Source: Candidatus Bathyarchaeota archaeon (GTDB lineage: Archaea; Thermoproteota; Bathyarchaeia; Bathyarchaeales; Bathycorpusculaceae). From it: 64,000 bases of DNA. Position 1 is the stretch's first letter, and each line of letters begins with the position of its first letter. The stretch covers positions 2,624,001-2,688,000 of the forward strand of contig OY970340.1 in the NCBI GenBank assembly GCA_963717465.1, given 5' to 3'. Position numbers and translations under genes: made by a program. Of the stretch, positions 12,507-24,714 are shown in pieces. The notes below the pieces were generated by a model. The model was not told the DNA's origin, searched no databases, and worked only from the letters and a program-made list of their open reading frames with translations.

Positions 12507-12643
12507 AGTCGTGGAAAGCCTGACCCAGAAGCTATGGTTGGAAGAGATGGAAAAACCTTCAAGCTTGGCTACAAGCTGCACATGGTTACGGACGCGAAGC
12601 CAGAGCTGCCTTTGCTATGATTGCTACGCCTGCGAACGATAAC
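12507..12643 (+). pseudogene. internal fragment of a DDE transposase (IS5/IS1182-like)
   Basis: Translates SRGKPDPEAMVGRDGKTFKLGYKLHMVTDAKPELP/AMIATPANDN; GYKLH...PAN motif. Confidence 0.75.
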
Positions 12644-12809
12644 ACGCGCGACAGAACTACCACCAAAGGCGGCGCACTAATAAATGAAACGAACCCCAAG
12701 ATTCATACCGAAGAACATGACAGATGAGAATAATTCCCAAAACAAAATCTGTAGTTTTAAAAATGGTCTTTGAAGCAACTAAAGTCATCAACCCGATTTT
12801 TCACAAAGG

Positions 12810-13055
12810 CTACTCTACTTGGAAGACGTTTCCGCATTTTGTGCATCTGACGCTTTGCTTCTCAGTTCCTTTGGAAATTATCAAAAGGTAACCGCAAGAA
12901 GGGCACTTGATTGACTCTACCTTATAGTTCACTGATTCCGTTCTCGCAACTGTTTCTGTCCTGGGCGCTGGTTCGGTTCGGGGTTCCAGCTCTGTTCTAG
13001 GGGCTGGTTCGGTTCTAGCCTCGGGTTCCGATTTGTTTTCTTGAACGTTTGTCAA
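12810..13055 (-). CDS. Zn-ribbon protein with EPxPRT repeats
   Basis: CPSC...CTKC; 18-bp repeats; GGGGGATG RBS. Confidence 0.7.
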   Translation of the reverse strand: MTNVQENKSEPEARTEPAPRTELEPRTEPAPRTETVARTESVNYKVESIKCPSCGYLLIISKGTEKQSVRCTKCGNVFQVE

Positions 13056-14014
13056 CTAATTCATCCCCCTAATAATGCCTTACTCATTTCAATTCCTGTG
13101 CTCTTATTGTTGCTGTCTAGTTATAAACCTTCCCTGTAAATAGCACGCGCTCTTCTGCTCGATATTAAGAACAAGACTATCTATGCACCATAGCTAACAC
13201 GATATATGCTATAGCTTAAGCTAAGTTTATAGCGCGTGCGAAAAAAATTGATATAATATAATGTAACGGTTAAAAAATTGTTAGAACAATTTGGTGCACG
13301 CGCAAGACTTATGGTTAAAAAAATTGAGGTAGCTCGTTGAGTGCTAAACCATAACGTGTGCGCATTTTTTTCTGTGAGCTACAGCTTTCCTTGCAATCGC
13401 TGATCGATCAGCCTTGGCTTTCATTGCTGTATCCATAATTCGTTGTGAACCAGTACGGAAACGATTTACACCAAACATTTTTTTCTTTGAAAGAATACTT
13501 TTCTTTTTCGAACTCAATTCATTTCAACTCTGAAGTTATGCTGTGTGAATAAATAAAGATAGCATTTATGAAACAAGAATTCATATTCTAACTTAACAGT
13601 CTCTGCAAGCGCGCACTCTGTTTTTGTGTTAGCATGAGGCTTGAAGGTTAGTCTATGTGTCTTAATAATGAGTGATTGAAACTGACTTAACTAGAAGTGA
13701 AGAGAGACTTCTTAAAGTGAAAGAAGTTTTGCAACAGTCTGTTTTGTAATGCTTATAATTTAACAAAAGTATTGTTAGTTGAATTAACCCTGTTTTAATC
13801 CAAGAGAAAATAAAAATGAGTGGTAGAGGGGGACTGGTGATTTTTTCATCATTTTTTTAGCAATCTATAGTGTATGCTCGATTCTGACATATCACGCTGT
13901 ATACTGGATTTAGCTATGTTATACTTAGTATGTTATGTTTAGAGTACCTTACCAATTGATTAGTATCTAAACCTAGTATGCACTAGGTAATTTTCTATGA
14001 TTTTTAATTGGTGT

Positions 14015-14033
14015 GGGATTAAAATTTAATCCC
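14015..14033. repeat. palindrome GGGATTAAAATTTAATCCC followed by a poly-C tract
   Basis: Related copies at 15784, 19945, 35985. Confidence 0.75.
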
Positions 14034-14367
14034 CCCCCCCCCCCGATTAGTTTACGGTAACCTGCCTTGCCTGAATAAGCATGAGAAGGCAGGTGTATTG
14101 TTAGTCTGCCCCCTAAAACTATGCTTTATGCCCCCCACAGAGGGGGGGAAGTAAAGTGCGTAACAAAAGAGTTGAGTAAGGCAGGGGACTTTTGTTACCT
14201 TACCTTATACCTATATAATATATGATATAAGGTACTTTTTTTACCGAGGTACAAAAGTAAGACTTTTTAGGGCTACAATCAAGTAAAATTAACGTATATC
14301 ACTAAGGGAAAAAGGATATACTCGCAAAAACAACAAAAAACATTATTATTGCTAAGTCTGTTCTTTT

Positions 14368-14715
14368 TTAATTGGGACAGTTGGAGCGGCGCTCTGCTAA
14401 ATTTGTTCCGCAATAAGGGCACCTTATCCAACTTTCTTCAAGACCTTTTCCACATTGTGGACAGCGTAAGCCTTGATATATTTGTGGCTGTTGGGGAATT
14501 TGGAGTATCTGTTGTTTGTGTTCTTTTAGAACTAACCCAAGGACTAACATGATGAAGGCTACAAACCATAAACCCAATCCGCCTAAGACAATTATAACCA
14601 TTGCTATTGCTGTAGACAGGTTTTCGTTTGGTGATGTCCCTGCGCTTGATGCCCAGACTAAAAGTAATCCGAACAAGAAAAGCACTAAACTTGCTATTAG
14701 CAACCTTTTGTGCAT
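14368..14715 (-). CDS. two-TM protein with C-terminal zinc ribbon
   Basis: Two hydrophobic helices; CPQC...CPYC. Confidence 0.8.
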   Translation of the reverse strand: MHKRLLIASLVLFLFGLLLVWASSAGTSPNENLSTAIAMVIIVLGGLGLWFVAFIMLVLGLVLKEHKQQILQIPQQPQIYQGLRCPQCGKGLEESWIRCPYCGTNLAERRSNCPN

Positions 14716-14866
14716 TACATCAGAGCCTTAACCTATCTATTTATCTAGAAACTTCAGTTTTGATCGTCTTATATAAAAATTTAGGATTATTATTCTATTA
14801 GCTAAATTATAACAAGTTTATGTGGAAAATAATTCATAAGACCCGATTTACTTTTATTATTAAATA

Positions 14867-15673
14867 TCATCTTTCAACGCTTAGAATTGTAATGTTAGGA
14901 TAATAGTATTCGTCTAAACCAGAATTCCAAGTTTCTACAAACTGTTGATACCCAACAGGCATGCTCAGGGTAAAAGTTTGGGTATCCCCATTTCCACCAT
15001 ATACTTCAACCGTTACGTTGCAGCTTGAAGAGCCAAAGTTATAGAGGTCAATTGTACCAGTGTACCAAACCGTCATCCCCTGCAATCCTTCAGTATATGT
15101 GTAGTTTGTTACCGCAACTTCGTTTGAATACGCCAAGAATGTGCCGTTATTTATTCCAAGGATACCTGTAAGTTCATCTTGTAACTCAGCATATTGATTA
15201 TTAAGCGTGTTATAGGTAGAGTTTAATTCATCATATTGCAAGTTTAAAGTGTTAAGTTGTGAGGTTAAGTTATTTACTTGTTCTTCAAGTTGGTTATTTT
15301 GAGAAGTTAGACTACTATTTAGTGAATTTAAAAGGGCAAGCTGAGAGGTAAGATTGCTGATTTGATTTTGAAGTGCTAAGTTTTGAGTACTCAATGAACT
15401 ATTTGTAGCCTGGAGAAATGATATCTGGTCATTTAGGTTTGTGATTTCAGAATTTAAGTCATCCATTGTTGAATTGTCAAGCAAAATTGTGTTGTTCAAG
15501 TTAGAGTTTTGAGAATTCAAAGAGTTTACTTGGCTGTTAAGATTTGAAATTGTTGAATCTTTGCTGGTTAAAACTGATAATGCGAATGCACCACTAACTG
15601 CTGCTATAATACATATAGTAATACTTATCACGATTATTTTTCTAGTTGCGCCTATTTTTTGATTCATTTGCAT
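14867..15673 (-). CDS. membrane-anchored coiled-coil surface protein
   Basis: N-terminal TM; N/S/Q/L heptads. Confidence 0.8.
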   Translation of the reverse strand: MQMNQKIGATRKIIVISITICIIAAVSGAFALSVLTSKDSTISNLNSQVNSLNSQNSNLNNTILLDNSTMDDLNSEITNLNDQISFLQATNSSLSTQNLALQNQISNLTSQLALLNSLNSSLTSQNNQLEEQVNNLTSQLNTLNLQYDELNSTYNTLNNQYAELQDELTGILGINNGTFLAYSNEVAVTNYTYTEGLQGMTVWYTGTIDLYNFGSSSCNVTVEVYGGNGDTQTFTLSMPVGYQQFVETWNSGLDEYYYPNITILSVER

Positions 15674-15726
15674 TCACTGCTTGCCTGCTTGTATTTGTTT
15701 TCTGAATTTAAAGCTTGCTGTTTGAC

Positions 15727-15800
15727 TTACATAACAACGATAAGAAGATGCGTGGGCGAGCACCCCAGTAACAACTCTTTTTTGGATTAAATTTAATCCA
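15727..15800 (+). repeat. 74-bp dispersed repeat, copy 1
   Basis: Near-identical to 35927-36000; partial inverted copy at 19945-19971. Confidence 0.9.
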
Positions 15801-15928
15801 ACCCAACCACTAGTTCAAAAAATTAACATATGGATAACTAACGTTTTGGTCTATTGGTAGAAAGCTTATCTTTTAGAAAAGACAAAAATCCTTTATCATA
15901 CTTCAATACGAACAGTTAAGGAATACAG

Positions 15929-16685
15929 TTTGTCTACAAACTACGATAAAGGGCAAGAAGCAGAGAAAATCGCCAAAATCTGGTTACAACAGAAATTCCC
16001 TTACAAATTCGAACAAAGAGCACTGCAAGTTGGAATTACTTCCGATGGGAAACCAGCTATGCATAATTTTGACCTTGTCTCCCCGATAGTCGAATTATTG
16101 CAGAAGTAAAAGCTCATACGATGACCAAAAGTGGAAATGTGCCTTCAGCGAAAATTGCTGATGCTTATTACGCTTGTTTAATGCTTGAGGAAAGTCTCTG
16201 CTGAAAAGAAATATCTTCTGTTAACGGACATTGACTTCTACAGGATATTCAGAAAGTATTCTGATGGAAAGATTGATAATAAAATAATAATTCAGCTTGT
16301 TCCTAATGCGATAATAGATGAGACAAATGATAAAACGAGAAAATCACGAGTTTTGTGTGGAGCACCCATAATACCAACAGAGATGAGCTTTGATGCTTTT
16401 TGGGCTGACCTCAAATCTTTTCTGTCAAGTAGGCGATTGATTAGAAATTGGACCGCTCAAAAAGGCTACATAGGAGAAGATTTTGAAGCAATATACGATT
16501 TTGGATATGTAGTCATCTATCCAGCGTCAGCAACCACGCAGAAAGTTCGGAGACAGGACTTTAAGCTTGTTTTTGATAATTGGCAAGGATACATAAATGG
16601 TGTGGTTTCTCGGGAAGCGCTCTGCGAATCCAGCCGATTTACGAAATATACCATAAGCATTACACATGAGTATCTAGTTAAATGA
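15929..16685 (+). CDS. PD-(D/E)xK nuclease-domain protein (two frameshifts, ~16083 and ~16188)
   Basis: Manual translation MSTNYDKGQEAE...HNFDLVS...IIAEVK joins ORF 16185-16685. Confidence 0.6.
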
Positions 16686-16725
16686 ACAAAATAGCGAAAT
16701 AGTAGTTACCATCTAATAGCTATCC

Positions 16726-17553
16726 ATGAAACTGCTCTTTAAGGAAGCCATTCAAACCTGTTTCGACCCACCAGAAGAACGGTCAAAAAAGTTGATAACA
16801 TGGGTTGAAAACTCAAACTCTGCAAGAAACACTGAAGACCTAAACAAAAAACTTAACCAGTATGATAAAGCGGAAGAACTCATAACATTTTACACCTTTG
16901 CACCCTTAGTGTTAAGCTTAAACAGGGTGGGATTAGTTAACAGAATCCTTTCCTTAGCGAAAGTAAGCGCACACGAAGAAAACGTTGCAAATGTAAAACT
17001 GGAAAAGCTATTCCCAAGTCCAAAAGGTTACCTCAAATGGATAAAAGAAGAAGTGAAAAAGCATCCTGTAAAATACATCAGAGACCAAGCTGACGCACAT
17101 AAGCCAAATCAACGATTAGAGTCAGATACACATGTTGATGCTTTCATAGAAACCGACAAGTTACTAATCCTTTTTGAAATCAAATTCACTTCAGACATAG
17201 CCTACGAAACGACCTTCAATCCCACAAGAAACCAGTTGGCAAGACTTGTTGATGTCGGATTAGAAGTCAATGAACATAATGGCAAAGAAGTACTTGTTAT
17301 TCTTTCAACACCACACAGATTCTTCTATAGCAAGAGCAGACTCTATTACTACAAAATCAAGGAGTACACTGACCCAGTAAAGATAGCGGAAGACATCGAG
17401 TGGAGAAACGTTTCAACCATAAGAGACAATGTCTTAGCTGTAACATGGATTGCATTGGAAGACCTCATTGATGTACTCTACAAAGACTTTGAGCATAAAG
17501 ATAAGGAAGAAGCATTAGAATTCTTCAAAGAGAGGAACTTGATTCGCTCATAA
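16726..17553 (+). CDS. PD-(D/E)xK restriction-endonuclease-like protein
   Basis: THVDAFIE...LFEIKFTSD...RNQLAR pattern. Confidence 0.7.
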   Translation: MKLLFKEAIQTCFDPPEERSKKLITWVENSNSARNTEDLNKKLNQYDKAEELITFYTFAPLVLSLNRVGLVNRILSLAKVSAHEENVANVKLEKLFPSPKGYLKWIKEEVKKHPVKYIRDQADAHKPNQRLESDTHVDAFIETDKLLILFEIKFTSDIAYETTFNPTRNQLARLVDVGLEVNEHNGKEVLVILSTPHRFFYSKSRLYYYKIKEYTDPVKIAEDIEWRNVSTIRDNVLAVTWIALEDLIDVLYKDFEHKDKEEALEFFKERNLIRS

Positions 17554-17591
17554 ACCCTAAAATGTTATTATAATAAAAGCAACAATATGAT

Positions 17592-18510
17592 TTGAGGAAA
17601 TTATTGATTGATTACCTTGTTGGGACAGGTGGATGGAGTTACTTTAATGTTCCAAATAAGCCTCAACTGAAATCTTATAGTGAAATATTCAACTTTGTAG
17701 AAGTAAACTACACATTTTATGAGTATCCAACTGTTCAAACTGTAGAGCAATGGAGAAGAACTGTTCCAAAGGACTTCACTTTCTCAGTTCGATGCCACCA
17801 AGACCTAACTCACAAAATAGGCTTAAAACCAGTAGATGAAGCCTACGAAGTATTCTATAAAGCCAAAACCTATGCTGACATCCTTCAAACTCCTTATGTG
17901 GTGTTAGAGACACCTACTAGTTACACAATAAATAGCGATGCAAGAGGTTTTCTTTCTACATTAAACTTGAAAGGTATTCAGCTTGTTTGGGAATACAGAG
18001 CACCCATCACACCAGAAGTAACTAATCTCATGCAAGACTTCAACATAATACAATGTGTTGACTTATCAGAGCAAAAACCAAGCTACAACTTAGATGTAAC
18101 CTATTCAAGACTGTTTGGGAAAGGACAACATAACATCTATCAATTCACCGATGGCGAACTATCAGAAATACAGCATCAAGCCGAAGAAACCTAATTCAAA
18201 GCAAGTAATACTAGCATATCATGGAGCACGGATGAATAGTGACGCTTTGAGGTTTCAACAGCATTTGAAAACTGGGAATTATTTACCTGTAACTTCTGCT
18301 ACTGGTGCAGATTCAGCGAAAGAAGTCTTAGCTGAAGACGCAACATTCCCCTCTTCTAAGGCAGAACTAATTAAGAAGCAAGGTTGGAAAGTCATAGATG
18401 TCAAACAAAACCAGACAGCTCACTTATCCGAATTTCTAAGTAGCATTCCAGACAAAAAATACAACAGTGTCAACGAAGTGGTAAAGGAGTTAGAAGCAGT
18501 CATTGGGTAA
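17592..18510 (+). CDS. DUF72 family protein with small C-terminal domain (frameshift ~18192)
   Basis: GTGGWSY, VEVNYTFY; continues into ORF 18115-18510. Confidence 0.8.
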
Positions 18511-19331
18511 AGATAACATTATCTTAGGAACTTGCGGATGGAGTTACAAAGAGTGGGAAGGGAACTTCTATCGGATTAAAAGTGGTCAGAGCAAACTTCG
18601 AGCTTACTCAAGAGTTTTCAAAACTGCTGAAATAGACTCTACGTTCTATCGCAATCCATCTAAAGGTACAGTTATGGGGTGGCTGAAGTATTCACCAAGC
18701 GACTTTTTATTCAGTGCTAAACTGCCTAAGACAATAACGCATGATAACATGCTTGGTTTAAGGAAAGACGTTAAGGCTAATTTGGAAGTGTTCTTGGATT
18801 TAATGAGACCTCTACAGTTAGGTGGAAAACTCGCATGTTTGCTCATACAGTTACCACCAAAGTACACGTATAATCCGAGAATCTTGAAGAATTCTTCAAA
18901 ATGCTTGACCCAACTTTTAGGTATGCAGTAGAATTTAGAAATATTACATGGTTGCTTCCTGAAACTGTGACTTTTAAGCTCTTAGAGCAATATGGGGTAG
19001 CTTATACTATTGTTGATGAACCGCTGTCTGCCACCAGAAGTGCATGTAACTACTGATTTTGCTTATTTCAGGTGGCATGGCAAAGGAGAAGATATCTGGT
19101 TTGACTACAGGTACAGCACGGAAGAGTTAGATGCTTGGATTCCAAAAGTGCAAGAAACCTCTAACAAAGTCAAAAAAATCTATCGGGTACTTTAACAATC
19201 ACTATCATGGTTATGCACCAGAGAATTGTCTACAGCTAATTGAGAAGTTAGGGTTAACAACTGAAGAACAAAAAAAAGCAAAGTCGAAAAACACTGTTAA
19301 ACAATCACAGTTAGGCTCATTCTTTAAGTGA
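18503..19331 (+). CDS. DUF72 family protein (three frameshifts)
   Basis: GTCGWSY, AEIDSTFY, LIQLPP, YFRWHG, YFNNH across frames. Confidence 0.82.
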
Positions 19332-19410
19332 ACCTTCCACTACACATAGGCATTCAACTGGTTAATCCTTCTAAGTCCTTGCTTTTTCTTTATGGTGAAA
19401 GATGGAGTCT

Positions 19411-19837
19411 TTAATCTCGTCTTGCCAATCTTTTCTTCATGCATTCTTCACAAAAATTGTTCTTGAACCTTCTTAAACGCTTGGGCTGAAATAACTTTCC
19501 GCAACCACTGCACTTTATTTGATTAACCTGTTTGGACTCAAGCAGTCTTAGTCTTCGCTCTATCTCAAATTTAACCTCAGAAATCATCAACTGTTTTCAA
19601 AGCATCAGTTAACAAAAGCTTTGCCTGTTCAACACTATTTTCACCAAAAACTCTTCCAAAACCATTCTCACTCTTGCCTTTTCGAACTTCCATTGGCAAC
19701 ATGCAAACAAAATTTGAAGGATAACTCTTAGACTTGCGCACATCAATTACGGCAAAGCGAATGCGATTCCTTTGAGAATAATCCAAAATGTCTTCTCGCT
19801 TAATGATATGCAACTTAAAGTCCATGTCAATCAACAC
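19411..19837 (-). CDS. uncharacterised YPxNFVCxLP-family protein with C-terminal Zn ribbon (frameshift ~19578)
   Basis: Paralog of 50492-50869 and 55130-55561; shifted frame gives EIERRL...CSGC...CEEC. Confidence 0.75.
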
Positions 19838-20009
19838 TTAGAACTGAGAGATTAAGAATGCAAACTAATAATTGTAACCTATGGATTTTTCAAAAATATG
19901 TTGTCTGGTTTGAAACTTGTCACTCGAATTTTCCACACCACATTGGGATTAAAATTTAATCCAAAAAGAGTGCTGAGAAAAAGCAAGTTACTTATCAAGG
20001 TTAATCTTT

Positions 20010-20459
20010 CTATTGCACAACTAAGACAGGGCATTTAGCTAAATTAACAATTCTTTCACTTGTGGTTCCCATGAAAGCCTCATGCACTCTACTCACCCCT
20101 TTATGACCAACCACGATTAAATCAAAATCTCGTGATGCGTCAACGATTTCGCGGACCGGATTACCTTCTTTTACTAAAGGCAAAAGAGTCATGTTTGGCT
20201 TGAGTTCTTTAACCTTATTAATGACATTAGCTATTGACTGTTCACTCTTCTTTTTTAATTCGTCGTAGAATAATGGATCGAAGTAGACTGGTACGTCTCC
20301 ACTGAAAAAACCTATGGAACCAGCCATAGAGGGCGGCGTTTGAATGACATTTAAAATAGTGATGGAGGCATTCAGTTTTTCAGCTAAGTCTACAGCTGCA
20401 TCCAAAGCTCTTTTTGAGTTTTCAGAAAAATCAACTGCTACCAATATTTTACTTATCAT
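20010..20459 (-). CDS. uspA: universal stress protein
   Basis: KILVAVDFS, DLIVVG, CPVLVV. Confidence 0.92.
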   Translation of the reverse strand: MISKILVAVDFSENSKRALDAAVDLAEKLNASITILNVIQTPPSMAGSIGFFSGDVPVYFDPLFYDELKKKSEQSIANVINKVKELKPNMTLLPLVKEGNPVREIVDASRDFDLIVVGHKGVSRVHEAFMGTTSERIVNLAKCPVLVVQ

Positions 20460-20687
20460 AAAAAGAGTTAGGCGTTAATCGCTTAATAAATTTTTTTACC
20501 CTGAGCATTTTTAATCCGAGTGAAAACAAAATAACTGTACTCAAGATGTCAGAGAGGGAATTAGCGTTTTTTTTAATTAAAATTTAAGCCCCAAGTGTGA
20601 TATCTACACATTATCACATATGCTTATAGATGATGCAGGGTTTATGTATAGTGCTGAAAAAATGTAAAAGTTTTTGGAGGTGATTGT

Positions 20688-21212
20688 ATGGTTATGTCAG
20701 GTCAGCGGACTGTTATGTATGGTCCGATGCAATTATTTGTGATAGGCTTTCCAGGAAACAAGTTTAGCGGCGAAATACTTCCAGCGATAAATGATGCCAG
20801 AGATACAGATTTGATTAGGATGATTGATTACTTATTTATATTTAAGGATAAGAACGGTAGAGTCAGTTCTGTTAAGGGTACCGATTTAGGCAAAAAAGAG
20901 GTTAAGCAGCTTGATTCGGTTCTTGGTGCTTTGATAGGTTTAGGCGCGGGCGGCATAAAAGGTGCAAAAGCTGGGGCCGAAGAGGGTGCTCGTTTTGGTG
21001 AACGCGACATGGGATTATCAAAGAAAGATATCAGAGAAATCGCCGAGAACTTTCCTATCAATAGTTCTGCATTGCTCATGATTGTTGAGCATTTGTGGGC
21101 TAAGGGTATCAAGCAGGCGTTGGTTAATTCTGGCGGAATAATGCTGGCACAGGGAATGGTAACACCCGAAGTTGTGGCTGAAATTGGTATGGCATTGAGA
21201 GCGCAAGCTTAA
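20688..21212 (+). CDS. DUF1269/DUF6325-like protein
   Basis: GPMQLFVIGFPG...SSALLMIVEHLWA; strong RBS. Confidence 0.7.
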   Translation: MVMSGQRTVMYGPMQLFVIGFPGNKFSGEILPAINDARDTDLIRMIDYLFIFKDKNGRVSSVKGTDLGKKEVKQLDSVLGALIGLGAGGIKGAKAGAEEGARFGERDMGLSKKDIREIAENFPINSSALLMIVEHLWAKGIKQALVNSGGIMLAQGMVTPEVVAEIGMALRAQA

Positions 21213-21343
21213 CTTTTAAAAGGCTAATACTACCTTTAACCACAGAACCCGTTTGTTTCACGATAAATGTTTACCGCAAACTCAATGTTAACTTTTTAAG
21301 ATTGTTGAAAGCTATTTCTCATTAGCAGACTTGGGATTAATTC

Positions 21344-22355
21344 TTGAAAAATAAGGCACATGTTTATCGGGAAACAATAAGGGAAGGTCTTAGACTATAC
21401 CGTGGATTGTTTTTAAACTCTCTTGGAATAAAGGCTCCCTTGTTTGGTGGCCATAAGTTAACCTATAATTGTAACCTTAAGTGTAAAATGTGTCCTTTTT
21501 GGAAGAGACCAAGCAAAAATTTAAGCACCCAACAAGAAAAAGAAATTCTAAATCAAATTTATAACGCAGGACTTTTTGCGGTTGGATTTGAAGGCGGAGA
21601 ACCGCTCTTACGAAAAGACTTGCCTGAAATTTTGGCTTATTCTCGTTCTCTGCCTCTACATACAAATCTTGTCACCAATGGTACTCTTCTCAAATCCAGG
21701 ATAGATGAAATAGCACCGTATCTCAATGGTATCCTCTTTGTTTCTTTAGATGGTTTGGCGAAAACTCATGACCAGATAAGGGGTGTTAATGGGTGTTTCA
21801 AACAAGCAGTACAGGGCATAACTGAAGCAAGAAGTAAGGCTTCCGTAACAATCAATACAACTATACAGTCTGATAACATCCATGAAATAGATGACATGGT
21901 ACAATTGGCAAAGGATTTAGGCGTAAGAATAACCTTTTCTCTTGCCCACGAGTACTATAACATAGAGGCTATCGACGCCTCAAGAAGATGAAGTCAAAAA
22001 GGTAGCAAAACGACTCCTGGAGTTTAAGAAAAAAGGCTATCCTATTTTTAATTCAACCAATTATTTCAAAGCAATGGCTAAAGAAAAAAACTGGAAATGC
22101 AAGCCCTGGGCGGTAATCAATATTGGCGTAGATGGCCAGTTGGTTCTGCCTTGTTATGTTCATAACCAGTACAAGACTAGCACGTCTGTTTTTGAGAATA
22201 GCATCAAAGAGGTCATTTCAAGTTATAATTGGAAAGCAACGCAAAACTGTGTAAAATGTAATCTTCAATGTTATGTAGAACCTTCTCTGGTGCTTTCATG
22301 GGATTTGCGCAGTATTAAGGATTGGGCTTTGCCAGCTAGGCCTAATTTGGCATAG
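21344..22355 (+). CDS. radical SAM protein with SPASM/Twitch-like C-terminus (frameshift ~21971)
   Basis: CNLKCKMC, GGEPLL; Cys-rich C-terminal ORF 22074-22355. Confidence 0.85.
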
Positions 22356-22515
22356 TAATTTTCCTTTAGAGCCCACAAGACATATCTGTTGAAGTGAGAT
22401 CTTATCCCCTGCAAAATTTCATTTTTAAATTAGCGCCCTAAAAATATTTGATCGATGCCTATCGATAGTCTCAGCGCGTCAAAAACAAACAGATTTGCGG
22501 CGCAATCTATTTTCA

Positions 22516-23920
22516 TCAAAAATTGGTAGCGTTCAGGAGGATGAACGATGTGAATTTTCTTAACTCATTAATTTTATGTATCTCTATCGAGTTGCTGGCG
22601 TGTTCCATTGTGGTTCTCATACCCTCCGTGAATAAGACAGTGTCTTCATCATTAATCATACACATCTTGTAAAGTTGGTTTGTAACTGCGGATATTCTGT
22701 CTTTTTCTTGATGATAGTCTATTAAAACTGGGTATACTCCGAATATGAGTTCCATTTGTTTTTTTGACTTTGATTTCATGAGTGACTGCAATTATCGGTT
22801 GCGCTATCTTGAAACGTGCTATCATTCGGGCAGTGTAGCCTGATCGTGTCAAAGGGATAACTTTGTGAACTGGCATAGTTTGACATATTCTCTGAATCGC
22901 TCTGCTCACCGTATCAGAGATGTTGATGAATGTGGTATCTTCAACGTTGCTCTTGACGGCAGTCTCCGTTTGGTTTGCTATTCGAGTCATCATCTCAACG
23001 GCTTCCACAGGATAGTTACCAACCGCGGTCTCTCCAGAAAGCATAACGGCGTCAGATCCGTCTAGTATGGCGTTTGCCACGTCGCTGACTTCAGCCCTGG
23101 TTGGATTGGGTTGGTGAATCATCGATTCAAGCATCTCAGTAGCAGTAATAACAAGCTTACCCTTCTGATTACATAATTTGATGAGAGATTTCTGAACCAG
23201 CGGCACTCTTTCAGGCTCGATTTCAACCCCTAAATCCCCGCGGGCAACCATTAATCCGCTAGATGCTTCCAAAATTTCTTTGACATTTTGAACGCCTTCA
23301 AAGTTTTCAATTTTAGCGATTATTCCGCCTTTAAAACCATTAGTTTGAGACAGGTTTTTCACGTCTTCTACATTTCGTGTAAATGAAAGTGCGACATATT
23401 CAGCGTCAAATTTTTTTGCAAACGCTATTATCTCTAAGTCTTTCTCAGGGAAAGTTGGAACTGAAAGATGCTTATTTGGAATGTTAACACCTTTTCCATC
23501 TTCGAGGACGCCACTGTCTAAGGTCAGAAGAAAAAGTTTTCGATTTTTCTTTTCAACTACGCACGTTCTAATTTTTCCATTATCAAAATATACTTTGTCG
23601 TTAACCCCTATTTCGTCATAAAAATCGTGGTTAAAACTGACCTCTTCTCCATTAAAGCCTACTTCTAAAATGTCTCCTTTGCTGAATACCTTTTGTTGAG
23701 TTGCCCTGAGTCTGATTTCTGGGCCTTTGATGTCAAGTATTATGGGGATATCTGCAACTTCTCTTACTGTTTCTATTACTGATTGGTATTGTGCTAAGTT
23801 TCCGTAAGCTGTGTTTATTCTTGCGCCGTTCATGCCTGCTTGGAACATTTTTTCAAGTACCTGCTTTGAAGAGTTAGCTGGACCCACGGTGCAAATGATC
23901 TTTGTTTTCTTCAACAACAA
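22516..23920 (-). CDS. pyk: pyruvate kinase (frameshift in a homopolymer ~22762)
   Basis: TKIICTVGP, AKIE, VARGDLGVE, PTRAEVSD, MLSGETA. Confidence 0.93.
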
Positions 23921-24023
23921 AACATTTTCCTTCTACAGCCTTAAATAGTGTGCATTCCAAGTTAAGGTTAACCCTACGCAAACATGCGTAAGCTAATGCT
24001 ATACAGGTTGTTAGGAGAAAACG

Positions 24024-24714
24024 ATGATTTGTAAACTGTTTGTGTTCAGACATGCCGAGACAACTGATAACAGTCGTGGAATATTCTCCGGCTGGCGCGA
24101 CCCAGACTTAACTTCAAAAGGACTTTTGCAGGCCAAAGAGGTTGCTCAACAGCTGAAACAAGAAAAAATTGATTACGCATTCACATCACACCTTTTGAGA
24201 GCCCAAAGAACTCTTGAAATTGTTCTTAAACCACACCTCAACATCCCTGTTTTCGTGGATGACCGATTGATAGAGCGTTGTTATGGTACATTGCAGGGCA
24301 AAAGCAAGATTACGACTGCAACCGAGAAACCGGAATGGTTTGCCAAAGGTTCATCGAAGCTACGATTTTCCGCCTCCTGACGGGGAAAGCCTAAAGATGG
24401 TTGAAAACCGCACCTTGCCCTTTATTGTGCAGCTTGAAAGGTGGCTTCGACAGCATCAAGGAAATGTAGCTATCTCGTGCCATGGCAACTCGATGCGTCC
24501 TATTAGGCGAGTCTTTGAACACTTAAGTCTTAAGCAAATGCTTCAGCTTGAGAACCCGCAAGACCAAGCAATGAAATATGCTCTTCACATACACCAAGTC
24601 AAAGTTGACGAAGTTGAGGAACACAAACCGGAAACGACTTGGCAAAGCGTTACAATCCCTTCGTCGGTAAAGTTGGCATCGGACCCACGAAACCAATTAA
24701 AGCAATACTATTAA
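24024..24714 (+). CDS. histidine phosphatase / cofactor-dependent phosphoglycerate mutase (frameshift ~24347)
   Basis: RHAET, ERCYG, PPPDGESL, HGNSMR. Confidence 0.85.

Noticed and set aside
15725..15752. dif/Xer-like site within the 74-bp repeat
   Set aside because: Only one arm resembles a Xer arm and no recombinase is in the window
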